DNA of 64,000 bases from a virus, in IMG/VR virus record IMGVR_UViG_3300032182_000187, positions 1-64,000 of that record. The stretch is one strand, 5' to 3'. Below the pieces are notes generated by a model. The model saw only the letters and a program-made list of their open reading frames with translations. It searched no databases and was not told the DNA's origin. Position numbers and translations under genes: made by a program. Positions 49,409 through 56,546 of the stretch are shown one piece after another; the first letter of the stretch is position 1; each line of letters begins with the position of its first letter.

Positions 49409-49865
49409 CATCTTTAACAATCCTCCTATGCATTTCGGTTGACCAATACTCGTAATACTCTGTTTTAGACAAAGTATTTCTTGCTCTTAACAGACCTTTA
49501 CGTTCTTGACAGAGCATCAAATTTCCCTCGTTGAAATTCGTCTGAATTCCACTAATAAACGTTGGATCGTCTTTGTGATCCTCAAGAAAGATATAATCCT
49601 TATATCTCCTATTTAATGCATTCCTCCAATCAACCAACTCCTCAAACGTTATATTGTTAGTAATCACAAAAATAGCGACATCAACCCCATCAACTGGAGC
49701 GACATCGCTAATCTCCGATTCTATTACCGTATACTTGGCAGTCTCCGCAAATGGACAGATGCTAAGTCCGCCCATCTTACGTTGTGGTTTGGTTAGTCTG
49801 CGAATCCACTCATCGACCTTGACCTCGATACGGCTTCCTCGCTTTGTTACGAGAAGTCGCTGCAT
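49401..49865 (-). CDS. Conserved hypothetical protein (ICPFA..EDH motif, DUF1415-like)
   Basis: W..L.KP....CPFA and LEDH motifs. Start uncertain; overlaps the upstream small gene. Confidence 0.6.
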   Translation of the reverse strand: MQRLLVTKRGSRIEVKVDEWIRRLTKPQRKMGGLSICPFAETAKYTVIESEISDVAPVDGVDVAIFVITNNITFEELVDWRNALNRRYKDYIFLEDHKDDPTFISGIQTNFNEGNLMLCQERKGLLRARNTLSKTEYYEYWSTEMHRRIVKDGE

Positions 49866-49956
49866 ACTTGGTATGCTTCCCAGCACCCTGCCTAGTATTC
49901 TTTGGAGTAGATTCGATGTTAACACCATTTCCTGTGAGCGACGGTCGCTTTGCCAT
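49810..49956 (-). CDS. Small basic protein, 48 aa (not in ORF track)
   Basis: MAKRPSL..PKNTRQGAGKHTKYAATSRNKARKPYRGQGR, a recognisable cyanophage small gene; late promoter ATAAATA at 49964-49970. Confidence 0.8.
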   Translation of the reverse strand: MAKRPSLTGNGVNIESTPKNTRQGAGKHTKYAATSRNKARKPYRGQGR

Positions 49957-50007
49957 AACTTCCTATTTATTGGGACTCCACCAGTATACCACGCTCAGAA
50001 CGCTCTG

Positions 50008-50370
50008 TCAACCGATATGTAAGTTAGTATGCTGAAATGGTCCTACAATAGGTCTCGGAGTTCCACCAGATATTCTCTTCGCCTCGTCTCCCTGCACTGC
50101 GGGTAGTTTGCCATTGATGAAAACTGTGGTATTCACCGCAGGAGTTACGACCCTAACGCCAGGTATACAAGGTACTGGAATTAATGGGTTAATTTTTTGT
50201 CCCTCCACCTGATCAGGGACCGATGTGGCATCATAAGTCTCCAAGAGATCTCCATTCACATAAACATTCGGAGACACGGTGGGGGAACCTCCAAGTGCCT
50301 TCGCAGGATATAAACAGTTTCCATCCGTGTCAGCAGTGTCAACTGCGTCCTTGCCTACTAGAAAGGGCAT
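50008..50370 (-). CDS. PAAR-like baseplate spike-tip protein (gp5.4-like)
   Basis: SPNVYVNG and TVFINGKLPAVQGD repeats with Cys residues. Confidence 0.7.
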   Translation of the reverse strand: MPFLVGKDAVDTADTDGNCLYPAKALGGSPTVSPNVYVNGDLLETYDATSVPDQVEGQKINPLIPVPCIPGVRVVTPAVNTTVFINGKLPAVQGDEAKRISGGTPRPIVGPFQHTNLHIG

Positions 50371-50515
50371 TTAATCTTTCCTCCACCGTATCTAAGTATT
50401 CTGTGATATTTTGATGTTCCCCGCCAGGGGGTTTGTACATTAACTTCAGATTGTATAGCACGTTTTCAAGTGCTTCGATCCTCTCAATCAAGGAACTCTC
50501 GTTCGGGTTGCTCAT
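50339..50515 (-). CDS. Hypothetical protein, 58 aa (not in ORF track)
   Basis: MSNPNESSLIERIEALENV..LMYKPP..ITEYLD; fills the gap between neighbours. Confidence 0.6.
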   Translation of the reverse strand: MSNPNESSLIERIEALENVLYNLKLMYKPPGGEHQNITEYLDTVEERLNALSSRQGRS

Positions 50516-50702
50516 TATTTGTCACCTTCTCTTGTTTTGTCATATTATCATATTGTGTCAGTACGCTCATTTCGGGAACCATGCCAGAGGCATAGTAATC
50601 GACTGCTGCGTCCTGTACAAGGTCTGCGAATTCATTGAAGTCATCGAATACTTGCTCTTTCAATGAACCATCTTTAGTTTTGTAAGTTACTCGGTTTTTC
50701 AT
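50484..50702 (-). CDS. Hypothetical protein
   Basis: 72 aa; first gene of the late block, with ATAAATA at 50765-50771. Confidence 0.7.
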   Translation of the reverse strand: MKNRVTYKTKDGSLKEQVFDDFNEFADLVQDAAVDYYASGMVPEMSVLTQYDNMTKQEKVTNNEQPEREFLD

Positions 50703-50854
50703 TGCTCGACTTCTGGGGCGATTTTTTTCTGGGCGGATTTTTTTGAAATGGGGGACCCTATCGATATTTATCGAGCGTCTGGAAACGTTTATAGCTTAGA
50801 AAGACGGTACTTTTTTGGCATCGCTCGGGCTTAATAACAATTACAAATAAATTA

Positions 50855-50926
50855 CGATTAACTGTGTTAATAATTAATCAGTGCTGTTTAATTATAATTA
50901 CACAGTGCTGTTTAATACTTATCACT
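50855..50926. repeat. AT-rich degenerate direct repeats, 24-bp period
   Basis: CAGTGCTGTTTAAT at 50879 and 50903, with a looser copy upstream. Confidence 0.6.
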
Positions 50927-50932
50927 GACAAT

Positions 50933-50960
50933 AAAAAAAGCGAGGTAAAGAATACCTCGC
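50933..50960 (-). terminator. Rho-independent terminator ending the early block
   Basis: Stem GCGAGGTA/TACCTCGC followed by T7 on the minus strand. Confidence 0.8.
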
Positions 50961-50991
50961 CACTGTGTATTATTAATAATTAGACGATTGT

Positions 50992-51264
50992 CTATAATTC
51001 AATAATAGTGAGATCTCCAGATTTACGTGCCTTTGCTATCACTGAACCGATGCTAATTTCCTCGGAATTCCAGTTAGTTAAGAGGGCACGAATGTGGGCG
51101 ATAAACCTATCGCTACCCCTGAAAATATACTGCTTTTCAGTGTTGCTTTGGTAGGCAATAGTTACGTTGTTATGTAACACTGAGATGCAGTAGATTGCAG
51201 AGGATTCATCAACACTGAATTCACGGAAAAGCATGGAATCAGTGATATCGAAGGAGACAGACAT
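50992..51264 (-). CDS. KTSC-like small protein
   Basis: SSAI..I....VTIAY....Y and SIGSVI pattern of KTSC-like domains. Confidence 0.55.
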   Translation of the reverse strand: MSVSFDITDSMLFREFSVDESSAIYCISVLHNNVTIAYQSNTEKQYIFRGSDRFIAHIRALLTNWNSEEISIGSVIAKARKSGDLTIIEL

Positions 51265-51290
51265 TTGTTGAGAAAAGTGTGAACAATAGG

Positions 51291-51308
51291 AGGGGGATTG
51301 CTCCCCCT
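51291..51308 (-). terminator. GC-rich hairpin (terminator or mRNA-stabilising)
   Basis: AGGGGGA/TCCCCCT stem with GCAA loop on the minus strand; weak U-tail. Confidence 0.5.
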
Positions 51309-51323
51309 ATGTGATGCTAACCC

Positions 51324-51626
51324 TCAGACAGGGGTGTTAACGTTTTGTGCCCAATTCTGCAGGCGAGCGTTACTCGCTTTGTTGAAAACACGGTCGGTGT
51401 GCATCACTTCGCCTCGGAAGATTACACGGTGACGGTTTGCTGCTTTCGCTGCAGATTTGAGTGCATCACGTCCTAACTTACGCTCTGCTTTAGTGTTACC
51501 ATTGAAGGCAAGATCGAAGAGCATAGCAGCACGACGGCGACCAACGATTTTGGGGTTGTTGATAACAGCGTGAGCGAGAGATTCAGCGTTGTTAGTGAGA
51601 ACGAAGAATCGAGTGGAAGTGAACAT
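51324..51626 (-). CDS. Early hypothetical protein (basic)
   Basis: Start at MFTSTRF is consistent with the upstream promoter (-10 TACTAT at 51685-51690). Confidence 0.65.
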   Translation of the reverse strand: MFTSTRFFVLTNNAESLAHAVINNPKIVGRRRAAMLFDLAFNGNTKAERKLGRDALKSAAKAANRHRVIFRGEVMHTDRVFNKASNARLQNWAQNVNTPV

Positions 51627-51684
51627 GAAACAAATGTAAAGGGTTTGGGCGGTTGGGGTCGTTGCCTCCCCCCCTCGCTTGAAC

Positions 51685-51730
51685 ATAGTATGCCCCACCT
51701 GCCCCTCCCGTGCGGTATCGGTTGATACCG
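51685..51730 (-). promoter_or_regulatory. Early promoter with NtcA-type palindrome
   Basis: GTA-N8-TAC (GTATCGGTTGATAC, 51715-51728) 24 nt from -10 TACTAT. Confidence 0.55.
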
Positions 51731-51773
51731 TTTTGGATATTAGTTTGGATGAATTTATTTGCCCTCCTATGTA

Positions 51774-51950
51774 TCACTTACGGCACCAACGGTAAGCATC
51801 ACCCTGGTGGGGAATTCTCCAGATGATGCACTCCTCCGCCCACGCAGTTGCTAACCGATAGGCGTGATTAATGTCTGTTGCCCATGTACAACCAACGGGG
51901 TCAAATTGACCCCATGATGATGGTTGAACTGCCCAAGTTGCTGTGCTCAT
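51774..51950 (-). CDS. Trp-rich hypothetical protein, 58 aa (not in ORF track)
   Basis: MSTATWAVQPSSWGQFD..CIIWRIP; starts just after the Gp88-like stop. Confidence 0.65.
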   Translation of the reverse strand: MSTATWAVQPSSWGQFDPVGCTWATDINHAYRLATAWAEECIIWRIPHQGDAYRWCRK

Positions 51951-51954
51951 TGTC

Positions 51955-52683
51955 TCAAACTGCTGCGGTTTGCTTTACCTTTGCCCGCTGAATCTTGCGG
52001 TTGTTTCGTGATGCTTTGCCCCACTCAGATCCCTTCGGTTGAGTACCATGAACTAGCAGGGCGAAAGGACCATCCTCGAAGCAAGATTTATCCTGAGAGT
52101 CTACTTTAAGACCCGCACGGTTTGCATCATCTTCGGACATGAAAACCTTAGCGTAACGTGTGAACAACCCCTCATCGATCATATGATCAAACTTGCCGCC
52201 ATATGATGCGGTAAAGTAGAAATTAGAGGGCAACTGCAAACCAACAAATAGTGGCAGATTCTTCGAGTAGCAGTAGAACTTAAGATCAGGATTGTGCTGG
52301 GCAACTAACACCCATGCCATCAAATACTCACGATTGAAGAAATCGCCAGACTCGTGAATTCTGACCTTAGTTGTTGTTTTCTTGCGAGCATTTTGCAGAC
52401 CCTCGTTGATAAGGTCAGCAGCATTTCCGTCTCGCAATGCTTTAACAATCGTCTTAAAGTTTTCTTGACGGTTGTTGTAGACTGCATCATATTGCACCTC
52501 AGATGATGCAGCGAAGCAACGAAATTGTGTGAATTCGCCATCACGAATCGTACGCTTGCCGTTATCACCTAAGACTGCCATTGAGAGGCAATTTAATGCA
52601 CCTGGGCAAGTAAATCCTGCGGGTAAGTTAAAAATAACCGTGTCACGGTTAAGTTTAGCGTTGCCGTGAGAAAAGCGAAGCAT
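51955..52683 (-). CDS. Gp88-like protein (radical-SAM-related)
   Basis: GNAKL, FNLPAGFTCPGA..C, CFA, RIHESGDFF and YCYSK. Confidence 0.8.
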   Translation of the reverse strand: MLRFSHGNAKLNRDTVIFNLPAGFTCPGALNCLSMAVLGDNGKRTIRDGEFTQFRCFAASSEVQYDAVYNNRQENFKTIVKALRDGNAADLINEGLQNARKKTTTKVRIHESGDFFNREYLMAWVLVAQHNPDLKFYCYSKNLPLFVGLQLPSNFYFTASYGGKFDHMIDEGLFTRYAKVFMSEDDANRAGLKVDSQDKSCFEDGPFALLVHGTQPKGSEWGKASRNNRKIQRAKVKQTAAV

Positions 52684-52711
52684 TTGTGAAAAGAATTGCT
52701 TAACTGTTAAT

Positions 52712-52768
52712 ACAATACAGGATTTTAGGCACAATGGTAAATGTTAGTGCCACTTGTATTAGTGGCAC
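52712..52768 (-). promoter_or_regulatory. Early promoter with upstream dyad GTGCCAC-N8-GTGGCAC
   Basis: -35 TTACCA, 17 bp, -10 TATTGT; perfect dyad at 52747-52768. Confidence 0.7.
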
Positions 52769-52775
52769 ACACTGA

Positions 52776-52961
52776 CTAGAATTCGATGGGATCTAGTGTA
52801 CCGTTGTTGATGCTAACTCCCTGAGAGATAGTATCACCAACTGCCTGTACGGTTTGCATCACCTCGGTCTGACAATCGCTGGTGATAGCATCAAGAATCT
52901 GCAGGATTTGTGCTCCATTGCTACCCTTACGGAGCAGAGAAATCATCACGTTGGTGTTCAT
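52776..52961 (-). CDS. Early hypothetical protein
   Basis: MNTNVMISLLRKGSNGAQILQILDAI. The in-frame upstream extension is the repeat array. Confidence 0.65.
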   Translation of the reverse strand: MNTNVMISLLRKGSNGAQILQILDAITSDCQTEVMQTVQAVGDTISQGVSINNGTLDPIEF

Positions 52962-52983
52962 AATACAAATGCAATTTGATTGG

Positions 52984-53127
52984 GTTTGTATTAGTAATAC
53001 ACTGTGTGTTAGTATTACTAATAGATAGTGAGTTTGTATTAGTATTACATAGTGAGTTTGTATTACTAATACATTGTTAGTTTGTATTAGTATTAGATAG
53101 TGAGTTTCTAATACTAATACAAACAAA
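52984..53127. repeat. Tandem array of six 24-bp repeats with a self-complementary core
   Basis: Units start at 52984, 53008, 53032, 53056, 53080 and 53104; approximate consensus GTTT-STAWTASTAWTAS-ATAGTGA. Confidence 0.9.
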
Positions 53128-53139
53128 CAGTTATTAAAG

Positions 53140-53240
53140 GTTAATGCTTATCTTTTAATAACTGTTCACTGTGTTTAAAGTTTAAAAATAAAAAAAGTGA
53201 GAAATTTAACTTTCTTAAAAATCTCACTTTTTCATTTTTA
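53140..53240. other. 19-mer plus long AT-rich hairpin, copy A
   Basis: GTTAATGCTTATCTTTTAA followed by stem AAAAAGTGAGA..TTAA-N5-TTAA..TCTCACTTTTT. Confidence 0.65.
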
Positions 53241-53247
53241 TGAATTA

Positions 53248-53469
53248 TCAATAATGATGATAACTCATAACACTGTTAGGATCAGTGTACCAATCATTGT
53301 CATCATCTTCCATTTCTGGAGGATTCATCCACTCGTTAACTTTGAGCATGTCCTCAACATCATCCTGAGACATGTATTTGAGGCAGCAGAGTAACATCTC
53401 CTTGTATGCACATTGCTCTTCAGCAATGCCCATTGCTTCGTCACGAAAGTTGATGATGGTGTTGTTCAT
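53248..53469 (-). CDS. Early hypothetical protein (acidic tail)
   Basis: MNNTIINF..LLCCLKYMSQDDVEDML; own promoter (-10 TATACT at 53491-53496). Confidence 0.7.
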   Translation of the reverse strand: MNNTIINFRDEAMGIAEEQCAYKEMLLCCLKYMSQDDVEDMLKVNEWMNPPEMEDDDNDWYTDPNSVMSYHHY

Positions 53470-53507
53470 GGTGTTGTGTGAACTGATGTCAGTATAGGGC
53501 AGATGGG

Positions 53508-53681
53508 TCAGTCTCGGTCGGAAATGTTCCAGATCCCCCACTGTCCACCTGTGCCCTCGGTCAGACTCCCATGGGATGCCTGACGTGCCTGACGTTGCAT
53601 CATCTCCCTCTCAATGCACTGGCGGGCGATGTCTGCCAACCAGTCGTTTGAAGCGTAGATGCCGTTGCCGTAGTCTTTCAT
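53508..53681 (-). CDS. Early hypothetical protein, 57 aa (not in ORF track)
   Basis: MKDYGNGIYASN..GQWGIWNISDRD; preceded by a promoter with dyad at 53742. Confidence 0.7.
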   Translation of the reverse strand: MKDYGNGIYASNDWLADIARQCIEREMMQRQARQASHGSLTEGTGGQWGIWNISDRD

Positions 53682-53794
53682 GGTTGTGTCGTGTTGACCT
53701 CTAAAGAATAAACCCCACCAGACCCCTCTGGAAGCGCCTGTGTGCCACCTCTAGAACTGGTTGGGTGGGGTAGAGTATTCAATTCATTATGATA

Positions 53795-53956
53795 TCATTC
53801 CCAGTCAGAATACTCATCATAGTCCTTAAATTTGGATTGTTGTTTCTTCCGAGAAGAATAACGCTTCTGATTTTGGACTTGATAACCGAAATCTTCGTAG
53901 TCATCCTGGAATGACTCTTTAGTGGATTCGGTGTACTTTTGACTCGATTTTGCCAT
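53795..53956 (-). CDS. Hypothetical charged protein, 53 aa (not in ORF track)
   Basis: MAKSSQKY..FQDDYEDFGY..KFKDYDEY. Confidence 0.65.
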   Translation of the reverse strand: MAKSSQKYTESTKESFQDDYEDFGYQVQNQKRYSSRKKQQSKFKDYDEYSDWE

Positions 53957-53985
53957 TTTTTGGTGAAATTGTGTACTATTTAGAG

Positions 53986-54222
53986 TCAGACTGCAACAAT
54001 CTGAAGAGTTTTGTCCTCTTTGATCGATTTGTTGACGAATTTGCCAACAGAACGACCATTTTGAACAATATCAGTCATAGTATTGACAAAATCAACACTA
54101 TTAATACCATTTAGAGCATATTTGTACTCATTACCACTAGTAGTATAGGTGATCATAACATCACTGTCATTTACCTCTACTTTACTAATAGCAGAAGAGT
54201 TCAAATTGTTAAAGGAAGTCAT
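53986..54222 (-). CDS. KTSC-like small protein
   Basis: SSAISKVEV..VMITY..EYKY and SVGKFVN. Confidence 0.6.
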   Translation of the reverse strand: MTSFNNLNSSAISKVEVNDSDVMITYTTSGNEYKYALNGINSVDFVNTMTDIVQNGRSVGKFVNKSIKEDKTLQIVAV

Positions 54223-54227
54223 AGTTA

Positions 54228-54297
54228 GTTAATGGTTAACTTTTAAAATTAAAAAATCTCATTTATTAAACTTTTTAAGTTTTTGAGATTTTTGATT
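54228..54297. other. 19-mer plus long AT-rich hairpin, copy B
   Basis: GTTAATGGTTAACTTTTAA followed by stem AAAAATCTCA..TTAA-N5-TTAA..TGAGATTTTT. Confidence 0.65.
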
Positions 54298-54344
54298 TAT
54301 CGAAGTTTTAGGAAAGTTGCCAATCCCTCAACCTCGATACATCT

Positions 54345-54402
54345 AATATACTCGGAATGCTTGGATATGTCAAGGTCTGTGTGCCACTTCGAGGTCTGTC
54401 CA
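54345..54402 (-). promoter_or_regulatory. Strong sigma70-type early promoter with upstream dyad
   Basis: TTGACA-17-TATATT (54373-54345); GTGCCAC-N8-CTGTCCA at 54381-54402. Confidence 0.85.
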
Positions 54403-54492
54403 TTAGTCCTTGACTTTCGATAGCAGGTGTGCTAAGGCAACAAGACCTCCGTACATTACAGAACATTACCTATGTTTTTTAAACCATTTCTT

Positions 54493-54525
54493 TTTTCCAC
54501 AGGTTTTTCCACAATGTTTTCCACA
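54493..54525 (+). promoter_or_regulatory. Three tandem DnaA-type boxes TTTTCCACA
   Basis: Exact 9-mers at 54493, 54505 and 54517 (12-bp period), intergenic; match TTWTNCACA. Confidence 0.65.
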
Positions 54526-54573
54526 GGCACTATATCAAGTGTCCATAAACCCTGACACACACTAGAGAGTGGT

Positions 54574-55164
54574 CTAAGAGTAATAACTAATATTCAGTGG
54601 AGAATTACCATATGATGTACACAGTTCTGCTGGTGTACAATCAAATGCCAATGTAATCCTTCTATGGTCAGTATAGTTAGGTGTTACATCATGTTGGAGT
54701 ACAGAAGGGAACAATGCAATAGTATTTGCTTTTGGTTCATAGATGAATTCTTCTGTATTATATGGTGTTGGATATGTAGTATCCAGTTTAGTCACCATAC
54801 AGAAATCTTTCGTGAAAGCATGTGGTTTACGAATACAAAAGTTCCCACTGTTAGGCGGTACATCAATGAATACAACACCAGAGATGATGGAGTTACCATG
54901 ATAATGTGTTTGAGCAAAATCCATGTGACCATGGAAGTTTAACCAAGATGATGTAATGTTTACCTTTGTCTTATGTCCTGTTAGTTCTATGTACTTGTCT
55001 ATGTGTTGTTTTACTTGTTCTAACAGGAGAGGAAAAACATTTAAAATATCTCTATTGTATGATGTACGACCATTCCCACATGACTCCATGCGTATGTTAT
55101 CCCAATGTGTTTCTTCAATTGTAATTGGTTCAATGTAGAGTGGTGTGGGAAATAGGTCAATCAT
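54574..55164 (-). CDS. Putative 2OG-Fe(II) oxygenase (TIGR02466-like)
   Basis: DLFPTPLY, SWLN, HxH (THYH), ISGV, FPSVLQHDV and RITLAF. Confidence 0.82.
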   Translation of the reverse strand: MIDLFPTPLYIEPITIEETHWDNIRMESCGNGRTSYNRDILNVFPLLLEQVKQHIDKYIELTGHKTKVNITSSWLNFHGHMDFAQTHYHGNSIISGVVFIDVPPNSGNFCIRKPHAFTKDFCMVTKLDTTYPTPYNTEEFIYEPKANTIALFPSVLQHDVTPNYTDHRRITLAFDCTPAELCTSYGNSPLNISYYS

Positions 55165-55358
55165 TGATGTAATTCATTTTCATTGTAATAGAGATAGACT
55201 GTATCATCATCTCCTTTAATCCATTCCAGATACTCATCACCAATAGCAATGGCATCTTCCATACGATCATCTCTAATTAATTCATTGAAACGATCTTGGA
55301 AATATAGGAGGATTTGGTCAGACTGTCTTGAGACAGATTCTTGTTCATTGTGGTTCAT
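55161..55358 (-). CDS. Hypothetical protein
   Basis: Small acidic ORF in a coupled chain; start uncertain. Confidence 0.55.
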   Translation of the reverse strand: MNHNEQESVSRQSDQILLYFQDRFNELIRDDRMEDAIAIGDEYLEWIKGDDDTVYLYYNENELHQ

Positions 55359-55569
55359 AGGTAAGAACATTCCTCAAATGATCATAGGAGATAAACTTAT
55401 GTGGTTTAATGAGTTCAGCAATTGCTCTGGCAAACTCATTAGGGAAATATGCATGATATCTCCAGTAGAGAGTTGTCTCTCTTTCAGACAATGTAGTCTT
55501 GGGTTGTGGTTTATCGTTAATAATGACCATGAGTTCTTTCACATGATCTGCGACGATGGATGGTCTCAT
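55345..55569 (-). CDS. Hypothetical protein
   Basis: 74 aa, ATGA-coupled (LYWRY..FISYDHLRN). Confidence 0.65.
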   Translation of the reverse strand: MRPSIVADHVKELMVIINDKPQPKTTLSERETTLYWRYHAYFPNEFARAIAELIKPHKFISYDHLRNVLTYEPQ

Positions 55570-55802
55570 TTAGTGAATACCTCAGGTTGATTGGCGAATT
55601 GGTGCAAGAAATCGATGCAAGATTTGTAGCATTGATATTGCATTGGTTGGAGATCAATCCAATCAATAGGATCAGCACTATCCCAGTCAACGTATTCTAC
55701 ATCATCATCTTGAATGATGTCTGCAGAAATTGCTGTGCCATTATAGTCAATAGCGAGTGCTTTATTTCCAACAACAATGTACATGCAGTCATCGTAGATC
55801 AT
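55566..55802 (-). CDS. Hypothetical protein
   Basis: 78 aa with AGGAGG RBS and its own promoter. Confidence 0.7.
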   Translation of the reverse strand: MIYDDCMYIVVGNKALAIDYNGTAISADIIQDDDVEYVDWDSADPIDWIDLQPMQYQCYKSCIDFLHQFANQPEVFTK

Positions 55803-55829
55803 GGTGTTCCTCCTAGTGTGTGTCTTTAG

Positions 55830-55858
55830 ATCTTAGCAGAGTTAGTCAAACTTGTCAA
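55830..55858 (-). promoter_or_regulatory. Sigma70-type promoter
   Basis: TTGACA-17-TAAGAT with extended -10 TG. Confidence 0.75.
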
Positions 55859-55982
55859 GCAAATCATGGGGCAGGTCCTCTTCAGGTGCAAAGGTAATCA
55901 TTTCCTCTGCTTCATGTAGGATCTTGAGACGAAGTGTCTCATCATTGAAATAATCTTGGGTGAGATCTTCCTGGTAGGTCAT
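55842..55982 (-). CDS. Acidic hypothetical protein, 46 aa
   Basis: MTYQEDLTQDYF..; ATGA overlap with the upstream ORF. Confidence 0.5.
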   Translation of the reverse strand: MTYQEDLTQDYFNDETLRLKILHEAEEMITFAPEEDLPHDLLDKFD

Positions 55983-56149
55983 GCTGGTTCAATAATGTTG
56001 TTGAGTCCTGGTGTGTGAATGAGACAGACGTTTTTGCTGCGATCAGCAAATTCTTTGATGCAAATAGACATATAATGCCTATCAGGATCAGAATAGACTA
56101 CTCTACCGAGAAATCCATTAATCCTGACTTGTGCTCCAACTGGATACAT
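55979..56149 (-). CDS. Hypothetical protein
   Basis: MYPVGAQVRING..YMSICI..NVCLI. Confidence 0.55.
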   Translation of the reverse strand: MYPVGAQVRINGFLGRVVYSDPDRHYMSICIKEFADRSKNVCLIHTPGLNNIIEPA

Positions 56150-56375
56150 ATCGTCGCTCGGTGATCGGTTGTTCTTCATGGCATATGCTTAAAGAATCGG
56201 GATAGAGTGTCGCAGCAATGTAGTGTGCTTGCTCAGGTGACGATGCAATAACATATGTACGGACAAAGTAGAAAGTTTCTTCTTCTCCGTCGCCCATGGG
56301 CATTTCAATTTCAAGTTCGTAGACATGTCCTGAACGGAGATGACTAGCGAATCCGTGGACTACATCAGCAATCAT
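56118..56375 (-). CDS. Hypothetical protein
   Basis: 85-aa ORF in a coupled chain. Confidence 0.6.
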   Translation of the reverse strand: MIADVVHGFASHLRSGHVYELEIEMPMGDGEEETFYFVRTYVIASSPEQAHYIAATLYPDSLSICHEEQPITERRYVSSWSTSQD

Positions 56376-56517
56376 ATTCTAATGTCGCTGGTAGGTCCGC
56401 TTGTTCTTTTAGGATCTCGTTCTCCTTACGTAGTTTGTTGTTTTCCTCTTGGAGGAACTTTACTAAGTCAGACATCTCTTGGACTAGAGCATCTGCTTGT
56501 TGAGTGGATACGACCAT
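56365..56517 (-). CDS. Coiled-coil hypothetical protein, 50 aa
   Basis: MVVSTQQADALVQEMSDL..; CTAAATA at 56544-56550 upstream. Confidence 0.55.
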   Translation of the reverse strand: MVVSTQQADALVQEMSDLVKFLQEENNKLRKENEILKEQADLPATLEYDC

Positions 56518-56546
56518 GTTTAATACCGTGTCGGAATCAGATGTAT

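Noticed and set aside
52962-53126. N-terminal 8-aa repeat extension (VLVIQTHY) of ORF 52776-53126
   Set aside because: It is encoded almost entirely by NTA codons imposed by the DNA repeat. The protein-like sequence starts at ATG 52961.
52984-53127. CRISPR mini-array
   Set aside because: The units are directly adjacent 24-mers with no unique spacers, and there are no cas genes.
50700-54570. tRNA genes in the gene-sparse region
   Set aside because: No cloverleaf with a GTTCRA T-loop and acceptor stem was found by eye. tRNAscan-SE would be decisive.
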